64,000 bases of DNA from Patescibacteria group bacterium (GTDB lineage: Bacteria > Patescibacteriota > Patescibacteriia > Patescibacteriales > UBA12465), in the NCBI GenBank assembly GCA_041650715.1, contig JBAZKQ010000001.1, positions 659,913-723,912 on the forward strand, given 5' to 3'. The position numbers and the translations under genes were made by a program. The number at the start of each line of letters is the position of its first letter. Position 1 is the first letter of the stretch. The notes beneath the pieces were generated by a model. The model was not told the DNA's origin and made no database searches. It saw nothing but the letters and a program-made list of their open reading frames with translations. Shown here one piece after another: positions 9,838 to 18,951 of the stretch.

Positions 9838-11595
9838 TTAACTCTCAATTACTCTTAAAATTTCTTCCATCGTCGTCAGTCCTTGTAAAACTTTAATAAT
9901 ACCGTCTTGTTTAATCGAAATAAAATCTTCCGTTTTTTTAACGGCTTCAATATTTAAATCTTTACTGCCGATATTAATCATCTCCTGCAAAGACTCATTA
10001 ATTTCAATCACCTCCATAATCGCGACTCGGCTCGAGTAGCCCGTATTTTCGCAGCGCGGACAGCCGACCGCTTTATAAACTTTATATTTTTCAAAAACGT
10101 CTTCGGCCGTATTAAATTCCGGCAATTCTTCCTTAACGATATTAAGCGGGGCCGTTTTTAATTCATCTTTAATTTCCTGATTGGCGTCGGACGATAACTC
10201 GACCGGCTGCTTGCAATAATCGCAAAGACGGCGGGCGAGGCGCTGCGCCACGACAGTCCGAAGCGTTGAGGATAAAAGAAAGCGTTCAATTTTCATATCG
10301 AGCAGACGGAAAATCGCGCCGAGAGCATCATTAGTATGTAAAGTAGAAAGCACTAAATGGCCGGTTAAAGAAGCATGGATAGAAAGCTCAGCCGTTTCTT
10401 CGTCGCGAATTTCTCCCACCATGATAATATTCGGGTCTTGGCGCAAAAGAGAGCGCAAGCCGCTCGCAAAAGAAAAGCCGATTTTAGGACGAATCTGCGA
10501 CTGATTAACTCCCTTCATTTCATATTCAATCGGGTCTTCAAGGGTCGAAATATTAACATCATCCTGATTTAAAATATTTAAAACCGCATATAAAGTCGTG
10601 GTTTTACCACTACCGGTCGGCCCGGTCACGAGAAAAATACCGCTCGTTTTTTTAATGCCGGTACTGATGCGCCGCAGCGCCAATTTACTAAATCCCAGTC
10701 CCTCGAGCGTCGGCGCGCCCTTGGCCGTATCTAAAATTCTCATCACGACTTTCTCCTGACTGGCTAAAGGCAGAGTGGAAACACGAAAATCAACCTCATG
10801 ATTACTCACCAGTAAGCGGATGCGGCCGTCTTGGGGCACGCGCGTTTCGTCCAGTTTTAATTTCGCCAAAACTTTGATACGCGCGATAATCGCGTTATGG
10901 ATACTTTTGGGCAAGGTCAAAGAGGTGTGCAAAATACCGTCGATACGATAGCGCACGCGGCTTTCTTTTTCGAAGGGTTCAATATGAATATCGGAAGCGC
11001 GCGCCTCAACGGCGTGGCGGATAATAACCGAAACGATACGGGAGACCGGAGCACTATTAATATCTTCCGCGGAAACACCCTCATCGTCTCCTTTAACGGC
11101 AATTAATTCTTCGCCCTCTTCTTTGGCCTTAACTTCAAGAGCGGTCGAAATTTCCTCTTCAAGTTTCTGATATTGTTTAAAAACTTTCTGATAGCTGGAA
11201 TTGGAAATTAAATAGTATTGGACTTGCAGCTTCTCGTCGGCCGCCAAAAAATTAACCGCTTCCATGGAACGGATATCCGGTTCGAGCAAACCGACTTTAA
11301 TGCTCTTGTCTTCCCTCCCGAAACAGATAATATGATAGGTCTTCGCGATTTCTTCCGGTAAAAATTTCAAAATATTTTCCGGCACCTCTTCCGACAGCAG
11401 GCTATAATAAGGCAAGCCGTTGAGCTCCGCTTTTACGGCCGTCAGCTTCTCTTCTTCAATTAAATTATGGCGGACAAGATAAGACTCCAGATCGGTATTA
11501 TCCTTTTTTATTGCGGTTTTTATCTCCGAAATTTTTTCCGCCGGAATTAAGTTTTTAGACTGCAAAAGCGAAAGCAGCTGGTCAATTTTATCCAT
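9838..11595 (-). CDS. pilB: Type IV pilus assembly ATPase PilB (GspE family)
   Basis: Walker A GPTGSGKTTT, Asp/His boxes (MVGEIRDEETA, LTGHLVLSTLHTND) and a C-terminal CxxC...CPRC zinc motif. Confidence 0.95.
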   Translation of the reverse strand: MDKIDQLLSLLQSKNLIPAEKISEIKTAIKKDNTDLESYLVRHNLIEEEKLTAVKAELNGLPYYSLLSEEVPENILKFLPEEIAKTYHIICFGREDKSIKVGLLEPDIRSMEAVNFLAADEKLQVQYYLISNSSYQKVFKQYQKLEEEISTALEVKAKEEGEELIAVKGDDEGVSAEDINSAPVSRIVSVIIRHAVEARASDIHIEPFEKESRVRYRIDGILHTSLTLPKSIHNAIIARIKVLAKLKLDETRVPQDGRIRLLVSNHEVDFRVSTLPLASQEKVVMRILDTAKGAPTLEGLGFSKLALRRISTGIKKTSGIFLVTGPTGSGKTTTLYAVLNILNQDDVNISTLEDPIEYEMKGVNQSQIRPKIGFSFASGLRSLLRQDPNIIMVGEIRDEETAELSIHASLTGHLVLSTLHTNDALGAIFRLLDMKIERFLLSSTLRTVVAQRLARRLCDYCKQPVELSSDANQEIKDELKTAPLNIVKEELPEFNTAEDVFEKYKVYKAVGCPRCENTGYSSRVAIMEVIEINESLQEMINIGSKDLNIEAVKKTEDFISIKQDGIIKVLQGLTTMEEILRVIES

Positions 11596-11597
11596 TT

Positions 11598-11978
11598 TTA
11601 TTCTTTTTTAAGGGGTAAGGGGAAAGGCAAATTATTGCCCACGATACAATTTATAATGCTCGTGGTCGTGGCGAGCGTACCGTTTGAAGAAGTGGCGACG
11701 CTTTCTACCCGTCCGACCGGGGTTTTACAAATATTATCAAAATCGAATTTAACGACATTATTTTTCAAAGATAGAAATTTCGGCGCGGTAAAAATCGTCA
11801 TGTCGAGTGCATTATTACTTGGCGCCGCCGTCACTTTTGGGGTGCTGGCCGCTTGGCTCAGACCGGTCGTATCGCTCATAAAAACCAGCGCCTCGTTGCG
11901 CCATAAATATAAAGCCACCCCGCCGGCCACAAGCAGGAAGATAACGATATAGAGAATGGAATGATGCGCTTTTTTCAT
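11598..11978 (-). CDS. Hypothetical membrane-anchored protein in the pilus operon
   Basis: Single N-terminal TM (ILYIVIFLLVAGGVALYLW). Sits between the PilO-like gene and pilB. No recognisable family. Confidence 0.5.
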   Translation of the reverse strand: MKKAHHSILYIVIFLLVAGGVALYLWRNEALVFMSDTTGLSQAASTPKVTAAPSNNALDMTIFTAPKFLSLKNNVVKFDFDNICKTPVGRVESVATSSNGTLATTTSIINCIVGNNLPFPLPLKKE

Positions 11979-12000
11979 ATTTAATATCTCTCTTTAACTT

Positions 12001-12597
12001 TTATTTTTTATAGTAATAAGTGGTCATTTCCAGGCTGGCCGTATTCCCGCCCGGCGAAAAACTAAGGCGCGTAATATCAAATATCCGGAGATTGCTTTCA
12101 AATAAACGGAGTAGATTTTTAAAGCCGGCGTAATCAATCGCACTAATCGATAATTGCAGGTTTACCTTGCCCAGTTTACCATTTTCTACCGGCGCCGGAT
12201 TATTCGGGTCTATAGCCGGCTCCTGTTCGATACTGACCGAATTAAGAATGAAGCCGTTCGTCGCGACAATTTCTTCGAGTTCCCCGTAGAGGCGCTCGCG
12301 CACATAATCATCCGGCAAAACACCGTTAAATTTATTTAAATCAGTCGGAGAAATTTTCTTATATAAATCGGCGATTGTTTTTAAATTATTTAATTTTTTA
12401 AGCTGCTCGGTATATAAGCGCTTCTGCTGCTGGATAGTGATATTAATGGAGGCCATGGTCGCGTCGTATTTCGGCTTAATGATAATAAAATAGGCGATGG
12501 CTAAAACCACAATCACCACACCAACCATCATAATATTAAAATAATTATTCAAAAAAAGATTTTGGCTATTCTTATTTTTTAAATCGTTCGTGGCCAT
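12001..12597 (-). CDS. PilO-like pilus biogenesis protein
   Basis: N-terminal TM, then a coiled-coil segment and an alpha/beta domain. Located after the PilN-like gene. Confidence 0.5.
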   Translation of the reverse strand: MATNDLKNKNSQNLFLNNYFNIMMVGVVIVVLAIAYFIIIKPKYDATMASINITIQQQKRLYTEQLKKLNNLKTIADLYKKISPTDLNKFNGVLPDDYVRERLYGELEEIVATNGFILNSVSIEQEPAIDPNNPAPVENGKLGKVNLQLSISAIDYAGFKNLLRLFESNLRIFDITRLSFSPGGNTASLEMTTYYYKK

Positions 12598-12600
12598 AAA

Positions 12601-13239
12601 TTATTTTTTGAATATATCGGGACTGATATCAAACTCCAGTCCGAAACTGACACCTTGGTCGGCCGCCTTGGTTTTGTCTTTACTAATTGAGAGATTAACC
12701 GCGGAAACTTTTACATCCTTAACCAGCGGATCGCTTAAAAAGGCCTTAGTCTGCCAACTGACCTCGGCGTAGCTGAGTGCCCGCGCGCTGAGCGTATAGT
12801 GGCCCTTCGTATCCCCGCTAAAGCTATCGAACTTAACGGTACTGAGCGTATTTTTTTCCAGCCAATTAAAAAAGCTACTCCAATAAACATGGTTATCTAA
12901 AAGCTTGCTTACCTCAAGCGATTTATCTTTATAGCTTAAAGCTTCGTCGGCCGTACCTTTAATCTTACCGATGTCGACATTAATTTGCGAAATCTCGCCA
13001 TTCAGCGATTCCGCTTTAGCTGTTTCCTGTTTCTCCCACCAATCAAGACCGAAATAGAGCTCGGCAATAAAAACACCAACGACGAAGAATACCACCAAGA
13101 TAATGGAGATATTTTTATTCCAATCAAAAGAAATCTTGACCTCGTCTTTGATCAAGTTAACCTCCAAGATCTTTGGATTTTGGAGACTTTCTTTTTTGGT
13201 TTCTTCTTTTTTACCTTTTTTCGAAAGGAAGAAATGCAT
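12601..13239 (-). CDS. PilN-like pilus biogenesis protein
   Basis: Short cytoplasmic N-terminus with VNLIK (compare the INLLP PilM-binding peptide), a single TM, and a position directly after pilM. Confidence 0.5.
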   Translation of the reverse strand: MHFFLSKKGKKEETKKESLQNPKILEVNLIKDEVKISFDWNKNISIILVVFFVVGVFIAELYFGLDWWEKQETAKAESLNGEISQINVDIGKIKGTADEALSYKDKSLEVSKLLDNHVYWSSFFNWLEKNTLSTVKFDSFSGDTKGHYTLSARALSYAEVSWQTKAFLSDPLVKDVKVSAVNLSISKDKTKAADQGVSFGLEFDISPDIFKK

Positions 13240-13318
13240 GGGGTCTATTTTAAATAAATTGACCGTCTTATAATTGGTCTCGCCGCCGTGTCCGCCTGAC
13301 CTCAGAGCTGTTTAGGTT

Positions 13319-14371
13319 TTACTCAATTTCTCTCATACCCAGTCCAATCGCGACCGCCAGTTTCGCTCCCACTTCGGACAAGACCGGTTTTAATTCCTCG
13401 GGGCAGTTTACTCGATTCCAGGGATCGCCGATAATAACTTTAATATTTAATCGCTTGGCGAAATAGTCAGCTAAATTCAGAAGCATAGCGCCGCCGCCGG
13501 AAAGAATTATCTTTTCTACTTCCCCGCCGTTCTGAGAATGGAAGAAATCAAGCATATACTGAATTTCAGTTAAAATCGGTTCCAGGGTACGGCCGATAAG
13601 CTGAGGCAGTTCTTCCTTCGCATCGGCCGCCAAGCTCACGCTTAAATCAAATTTAAATTGCTCGGCTTGCGCAAAGCTCATACCCAATTTCTCGGCGATG
13701 GCTTTCGTCACCGTTGAAGAACAAACCGCGAGGCTCCGATTTAAAACCGGGATACTTTCTTTAACAATAGAAATATCCGTACTGTTCGCGCCGATTTCCG
13801 CAATCATGACCGTCGTCTTATCATTTCCGACCAAGGAGCGCACGAGCGAAAAAGTTTCTGTTTCCAGACTAACTAGATTTAGTTTAGCCGCTTTAAAAAC
13901 ATCGATATATTTACGGACTAATTTTTTTGGAGACCCGGTCAGAAAAACTCGCATATTACCTTTAGTCGGCGTGTGGCCGTTTTCGTCCGGAATAATTTTC
14001 CAATCGAGAATCATTTCTTCAAGCGGCAGCGGAATTACTTTCTTCGCCTCTTCATTAACGGCAATGCCTATCCCCTTCTTATCGACGTTGGATAAATTAA
14101 TAATCGAGGAAAAGACCGCAAAGGTCGGTAAAGAAGCCGTTACTTTAGTCGCGGTTATACCCGCTTCGTTTTTAACTTTAACGATTGCCTTCGCTAAATA
14201 ATTAATGTCATCAATCTTCGTAAAGTTGACCTCGCTGACATTTTCGCTGAAGGCGTAATTAGAGAGATAAATTTTTCGGTTACGTTTGCGCAGCTCAACC
14301 ATTTTCAAAGATGAGTCGCCAATGTCTATTCCTAAAAAAAGATTATCTCCCCCCAAAGAAATTAGGCTCAT
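13319..14371 (-). CDS. pilM: Type IV pilus assembly protein PilM (actin-like ATPase fold)
   Basis: LGIDIGDSSLKMVEL phosphate-1 motif, EIGANSTDISIV and LSGGGA motifs. 350 aa. Confidence 0.85.
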   Translation of the reverse strand: MSLISLGGDNLFLGIDIGDSSLKMVELRKRNRKIYLSNYAFSENVSEVNFTKIDDINYLAKAIVKVKNEAGITATKVTASLPTFAVFSSIINLSNVDKKGIGIAVNEEAKKVIPLPLEEMILDWKIIPDENGHTPTKGNMRVFLTGSPKKLVRKYIDVFKAAKLNLVSLETETFSLVRSLVGNDKTTVMIAEIGANSTDISIVKESIPVLNRSLAVCSSTVTKAIAEKLGMSFAQAEQFKFDLSVSLAADAKEELPQLIGRTLEPILTEIQYMLDFFHSQNGGEVEKIILSGGGAMLLNLADYFAKRLNIKVIIGDPWNRVNCPEELKPVLSEVGAKLAVAIGLGMREIE

Positions 14372-14466
14372 ACGCTTAATAAAATTTGCGGAGTTTTAAT
14401 TGAATTATCTTATTTTCTGATATATACTAATTATATATTATTTAGAAACATTAAACAAGCTTAAAT

Positions 14467-15729
14467 ATGAATTTTTTTGCCCGCTTCAAAAAATTATTTT
14501 TAGTTCTGGGTTTTCTTATTTTAGTAGCGGTGCTCGGCTATTTGCTCTGGCGCTTTTTTTTCCAAACTACCCCGATTACCGAAACGGCTACGACAACTCC
14601 GGGCGTAATTAGCGGTCTGCCCTCAGCCGGTTTGGGCGGTGACACCGGTCTTAACCAAACTGGAACCGATGGTCTCCCTGTGAGCCCCGGCCAAAATTCC
14701 ACTCCGACCGGTTCGACCGGCGCGCCGGACTTAAACCAGCCCAATTCAATCGCCGTCGGCGGTTTAACCGCCACAACCGTCGTCAACCAAAATCCGTCTC
14801 TCGACCCGACTATAAGCAATAACGGCGGCGTCCAATTTTATGATAAAAACGAAGGTAAATTTTATCGTATCGATTCGGAGGGCAATAAAACTCTGCTGAG
14901 CGATAAAGTTTTTCATTCCGTGGATAGCGTGACCTGGGCACCCGATAAAAATAAGGCGGTCCTAACCTACCCGGATGGCAGTAAAATCCTTTACGATTTC
15001 AATACCCAAAAGCAAGTGACCCTGCCCGCTCATTGGGAAGATTTTTCTTTTTCTCCGGACAGCAGCCAACTCGTCACGAAAAGCTTAGCGCTTGATCCGG
15101 AAAATCGCTGGCTCGTTGTTTCAAACGATGACGGCTCGCAAGCGAAAGCGATTGAGAAGGTCGGTAATTACGATAAAACAATGTATCCCTCCTGGTCACC
15201 GAATAATCAAATCGTCGCCATGTATACCGAAGGTCTTGATTTCAATCGCCAAACAGTTTATTTTGTCGGCTTAAACGGCGAAAATTTCCAATCAACGATT
15301 GTCGAGGGCCGCGGCTTCGAATCGCAGTGGTCAACCGAGGGCAATCACCTTTTATACAGCGTCTATAATTCCGCCGATAATCTTAATCCGCGACTTTGGG
15401 TCGTTGATGCGACGAGCGACACGATCGGAGAAAACCGCCACAGCATCGATCTCCAAACTTGGGCCAGCAAATGTACTTTCGCGAGCGACACCGAAGTTTA
15501 TTGCGCCGTACCCGATAATTTAGAAAAAGGTTCGGGGCTTTTCCCGGAACTCGCCGATAAAACGCAGGACAGTTTATATAAAATCGACTTGACGACCGGC
15601 ACTAAGAAATTAATTGCCATTCCGAACGGTTCTTATAATATTTCCCAAATTGTTGTAAATACCAGCCAAAGTAATTTATATTTCACGGATAAATTTTCCG
15701 GCTCGATTTATGAAGTTAAGTTAAAGTAG
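14467..15729 (+). CDS. Membrane-anchored protein with TolB-like (PD40) beta-propeller repeats
   Basis: N-terminal TM, a Pro/Thr/Gly-rich linker, then repeated FSPDSSQLV / SWSPNNQIVAMY / WSTEGNHLLYSV motifs. Confidence 0.45.
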   Translation: MNFFARFKKLFLVLGFLILVAVLGYLLWRFFFQTTPITETATTTPGVISGLPSAGLGGDTGLNQTGTDGLPVSPGQNSTPTGSTGAPDLNQPNSIAVGGLTATTVVNQNPSLDPTISNNGGVQFYDKNEGKFYRIDSEGNKTLLSDKVFHSVDSVTWAPDKNKAVLTYPDGSKILYDFNTQKQVTLPAHWEDFSFSPDSSQLVTKSLALDPENRWLVVSNDDGSQAKAIEKVGNYDKTMYPSWSPNNQIVAMYTEGLDFNRQTVYFVGLNGENFQSTIVEGRGFESQWSTEGNHLLYSVYNSADNLNPRLWVVDATSDTIGENRHSIDLQTWASKCTFASDTEVYCAVPDNLEKGSGLFPELADKTQDSLYKIDLTTGTKKLIAIPNGSYNISQIVVNTSQSNLYFTDKFSGSIYEVKLK

Positions 15730-15734
15730 CGCCC

Positions 15735-16397
15735 ATGAGTAAAATTTTGCCCGCCATCCGTAATTTTCTGCTCGACCTCCTGTTTCCGCTTGAATGCCTG
15801 AACTGTCGCCGCGAAGGCGCGCATCTCTGTAACCGGTGCTTCCGCGAGATAAAATTTAATGATAAAAATAATCAAGCAAAGTTAAAAATAAATTTAAAAG
15901 TTCCCGCCCTGGATAATATCGCCATCGCCGGCGACTACGAAAACGCGCTCTGGCGGCTTCTCATCACCAAATATAAATATAATTTTATAGAACCGCTCGG
16001 ACTTATTCTGACGCGGTTTTTGATTGAGTTTTGGAACTCCGAAAATTGGAAACCGGATTATGTTATTCCAATTCCCCTCTCAAAAAAACGACTCCGCTGG
16101 CGTGGCTTCAATCAAGCCGAAATTATCGCGCGTGAATTCAGTTCGCATTTTAATTACGAATTAACTTTGGATTTAAAAAGAGAGCGCCATGGCGTTCCTC
16201 AAGCCAGCCTAAGCGAGAGCGAGCGTTTAGCAAATATGGAATCCGCTTTTGTCTGGACCGGGCGAGATTTAAACGGGTGCACGATTCTCTTAATTGATGA
16301 CGTCGTGACAACCGGAGCAACCCTAAACGAAGCGGCCCGGACGCTTAGGGCGGCCGGCGCGAGCCGCGTTTGCGCCCTGGTTTTGGCGAAAGGCTAA
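15735..16397 (+). CDS. comFC: ComF-family protein (ComFC, phosphoribosyltransferase domain)
   Basis: N-terminal CLNCRREGAHLCNRC zinc finger and C-terminal PRT motif LLIDDVVTTGATL. Confidence 0.85.
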   Translation: MSKILPAIRNFLLDLLFPLECLNCRREGAHLCNRCFREIKFNDKNNQAKLKINLKVPALDNIAIAGDYENALWRLLITKYKYNFIEPLGLILTRFLIEFWNSENWKPDYVIPIPLSKKRLRWRGFNQAEIIAREFSSHFNYELTLDLKRERHGVPQASLSESERLANMESAFVWTGRDLNGCTILLIDDVVTTGATLNEAARTLRAAGASRVCALVLAKG

Positions 16398-16444
16398 TTA
16401 ACCATTCTCGCCAGCGTGTTAAGGGGATATTTACAAATTCAAAA

Positions 16445-16668
16445 ACAAGCTCTATACTTAAATAATAAGAGCTGATTGCCAAGCCCACCAAGCTTGGTCA
16501 GGAAATTAATTTCTTGAGTGCAAACCTAAGGCTTAAAAGAGGCGTCGCGTCGCTAATCGGCGTGGAAGCCGGGTGGAACCGCGAGACATAGCCGCTAATT
16601 CGGCCAGATAAAGTCCCGTCCCGGTAAAAACAGTTTTTCTGTTTTTACGAGGAGGGGATTTTTTTTAT
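16445..16668 (+). promoter_or_regulatory. T-box leader (Thr-specific candidate) with intrinsic terminator, upstream of thrS
   Basis: T-box core aagccGGGTGGAACCGCGag at 16566-16585. Hairpin ccaagc/gcttgg (16479-16497) has the 7-nt loop CCACCAA, carrying ACC followed by A. Terminator cccgtcccggtaaaaacag-tttttc-ctgtttttacgaggagggg plus a U-run lies at 16613-16668. Confidence 0.65.
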
Positions 16669-16692
16669 TCATTTATAAATAATTTAAATAAT

Positions 16693-18450
16693 ATGAAAGA
16701 AGAAGCAAACATTGAATTAAAGCGCCATAGCTTAGCGCATATCATGGCAACGGCAATTAAGGAGCTCTGGCCGGAAGCGCAACTCGCGATTGGGCCGGCG
16801 ATTGATAACGGATTTTATTACGACATCGATTTCGGCGAAGTAAAAATTACGGAAGCCGATTTAAAAAACATCGAAAAGAAGATGGCTTTCCTAATCAAGC
16901 AGAATTTAAAATTCGAGCGGACGGAAAAAGAAATTGAACCCGCGCTAAAAGAGGCCAAGACGGCCGGTGAAATTTATAAAGCGGAACTACTCGAGGGACT
17001 CAAAGAACAAGGCGAAAAAACGGTCAGTTTTTATTCCGTCGGTAAGTTTACCGATCTCTGCCGTGGCCCGCATATTGAAAATACCAACCAAATCAAGCCG
17101 GGGAGTTATAAGCTTGATAAATTGGCCGGCGCTTATTGGCGCGGCGATGAAAAAAATAAAATGCTTACCCGTATTTACGGACTGGCCTTTGCGACTAAAG
17201 ATGAGCTTGATGCTTATTTAAAAATGATGCTCGAAGCGGAAAAGCGCGACCACCGCAAACTAGGGAAAGAATTAGATTTATTTGTTTTTTCGCAATTGGT
17301 CGGATCTGGCTTACCTTTATACACATTTAAGGGCGCTATTGTCAGACGAGAAATTATTCGACATATTAACGAATTGCAAAAAGAAATCGGTTACGAAGAA
17401 GTCCATACACCCAACATGAATAGGGCTGAATTATTCAAAATCTCCGGTCATTACGATAAATACAAAGAAGATATGTTTCGCGTAGTGTCTAACTATTCAG
17501 AGGAAGAATATTTTTTAAAGCCGATGAATTGCCCACAGCATACGCAGATTTTTGCTTCCCGAGCTCGAAGCTATCGAGACTTACCGATTAGAATCGCTGA
17601 TTTTGCAAATCTTTACCGCGATGAAAGACCGGGCGAATTAAGCGGCCTAACAAGACTGAGATGCTTTTGCCAAGACGATGGCCATAGCTTCTGCCGCGAA
17701 GATCAGATTAGAGAAGAATTTGTTGATGTCTTATCGGCCATTAAAAAAGCAATGGAAACTTACGGCATGAAATACAATATAAGATTATCCCTCTGGGATC
17801 CAAATCATCAAGAGAAATATTTAGGCGAACCGGAGGTCTGGGAAAAATCACAGAAACTATTAGAAGATATTTTAATTGAAAATAAAATAGAATATTTTAG
17901 AGCCGAAGGAGAGGCCGCTATCTATGGACCAAAAATGGATCTAATCTCAAAAGATTCTTTAGGTCGAGAATGGCAACTTTCAACGATTCAGTTAGACTTT
18001 ATCATGCCTGTTCGATTCGGTTTAAAATACACTGATGAAAATGGCAAAGATAAATCACCAGTTATGGTCCATCGCGCAATTATCGGTTCCCCAGAAAGAT
18101 TTATGGGAATTTTAATTGAACACTATGCTGGCGCTTTCCCTGTTTGGCTATCCCCAGTCCAAGTTAAATTAGTTTCTGTCGCCGAAGCGCATATTCCCGC
18201 CTGTCTGAAACTGGCTGCGGAATTTAAGGCGGCCGGTATCCGCGTTGAAGTCGATGATGCTAATGAAACCGTGGGCAATAAAATCCGTAAAGCGGTTAAC
18301 GAGAAAGTACCCTATATGCTCGTTATCGGCGACAAAGAAATGAATTCCCCGCTCTTAAACGTCCGCGACCGCGGTGCTCAAGAGACGCGTGAAATCGCTA
18401 CCGATAAATTTATCGCGGAACTGCAAACAAAAATAAATAAGCGGGCCTAA
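16693..18450 (+). CDS. thrS: Threonine--tRNA ligase (no N-terminal TGS domain)
   Basis: HSLAHIMA editing-domain motif, class II motifs (FRDE-like YRDERPGELSGLTRLRCFCQDDGH) and a C-terminal anticodon-binding domain. Confidence 0.95.
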   Translation: MKEEANIELKRHSLAHIMATAIKELWPEAQLAIGPAIDNGFYYDIDFGEVKITEADLKNIEKKMAFLIKQNLKFERTEKEIEPALKEAKTAGEIYKAELLEGLKEQGEKTVSFYSVGKFTDLCRGPHIENTNQIKPGSYKLDKLAGAYWRGDEKNKMLTRIYGLAFATKDELDAYLKMMLEAEKRDHRKLGKELDLFVFSQLVGSGLPLYTFKGAIVRREIIRHINELQKEIGYEEVHTPNMNRAELFKISGHYDKYKEDMFRVVSNYSEEEYFLKPMNCPQHTQIFASRARSYRDLPIRIADFANLYRDERPGELSGLTRLRCFCQDDGHSFCREDQIREEFVDVLSAIKKAMETYGMKYNIRLSLWDPNHQEKYLGEPEVWEKSQKLLEDILIENKIEYFRAEGEAAIYGPKMDLISKDSLGREWQLSTIQLDFIMPVRFGLKYTDENGKDKSPVMVHRAIIGSPERFMGILIEHYAGAFPVWLSPVQVKLVSVAEAHIPACLKLAAEFKAAGIRVEVDDANETVGNKIRKAVNEKVPYMLVIGDKEMNSPLLNVRDRGAQETREIATDKFIAELQTKINKRA

Positions 18451-18549
18451 ACCATTGATTGTTCGGTCTTGAATAAAACTATTTTCGCGTTTGGGCAAAA
18501 CGCCCGATTATGCTATTATTTATATACCTTTACTCTTAATTAAATTAAT

Positions 18550-18951
18550 ATGAAGAAATATAAAAATTTACTGATAATCCTGGGAATAATAGCGTTTTTA
18601 GCCATAATCGCCTCGCTGGGCCGCCTAACCAATAAACCGGCGACTGTCGCTCCCGGCACCGGTAATGTCGCCGGGGCCTCTACCGAACCGACATTATTTT
18701 ATGGTGATACCTGTCCCCACTGCAAAATTGTGAATGACTTTGTCGTCGCTAATAATGTCAAAGCTAAGCTCCCCTTTCAAGAACTGGAGGTTTATAACAA
18801 TCAAACTAACGCGGCCGAGCTTATCGCGACTGCCCAAAAATGTAATCTTGATACGGCGGGCGGCGTCGGCGTTCCCTTCTTTTATGACGGCCAAAATTGT
18901 ATTCTTGGCGACCAGCCGATCATTGATTATTTCCAGACTAAATTAAAATAA
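18550..18951 (+). CDS. Membrane-anchored thioredoxin/glutaredoxin-fold protein (CPHC)
   Basis: N-terminal TM followed by YGDTCPHCKIV, a CxxC active-site context. Confidence 0.65.
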   Translation: MKKYKNLLIILGIIAFLAIIASLGRLTNKPATVAPGTGNVAGASTEPTLFYGDTCPHCKIVNDFVVANNVKAKLPFQELEVYNNQTNAAELIATAQKCNLDTAGGVGVPFFYDGQNCILGDQPIIDYFQTKLK

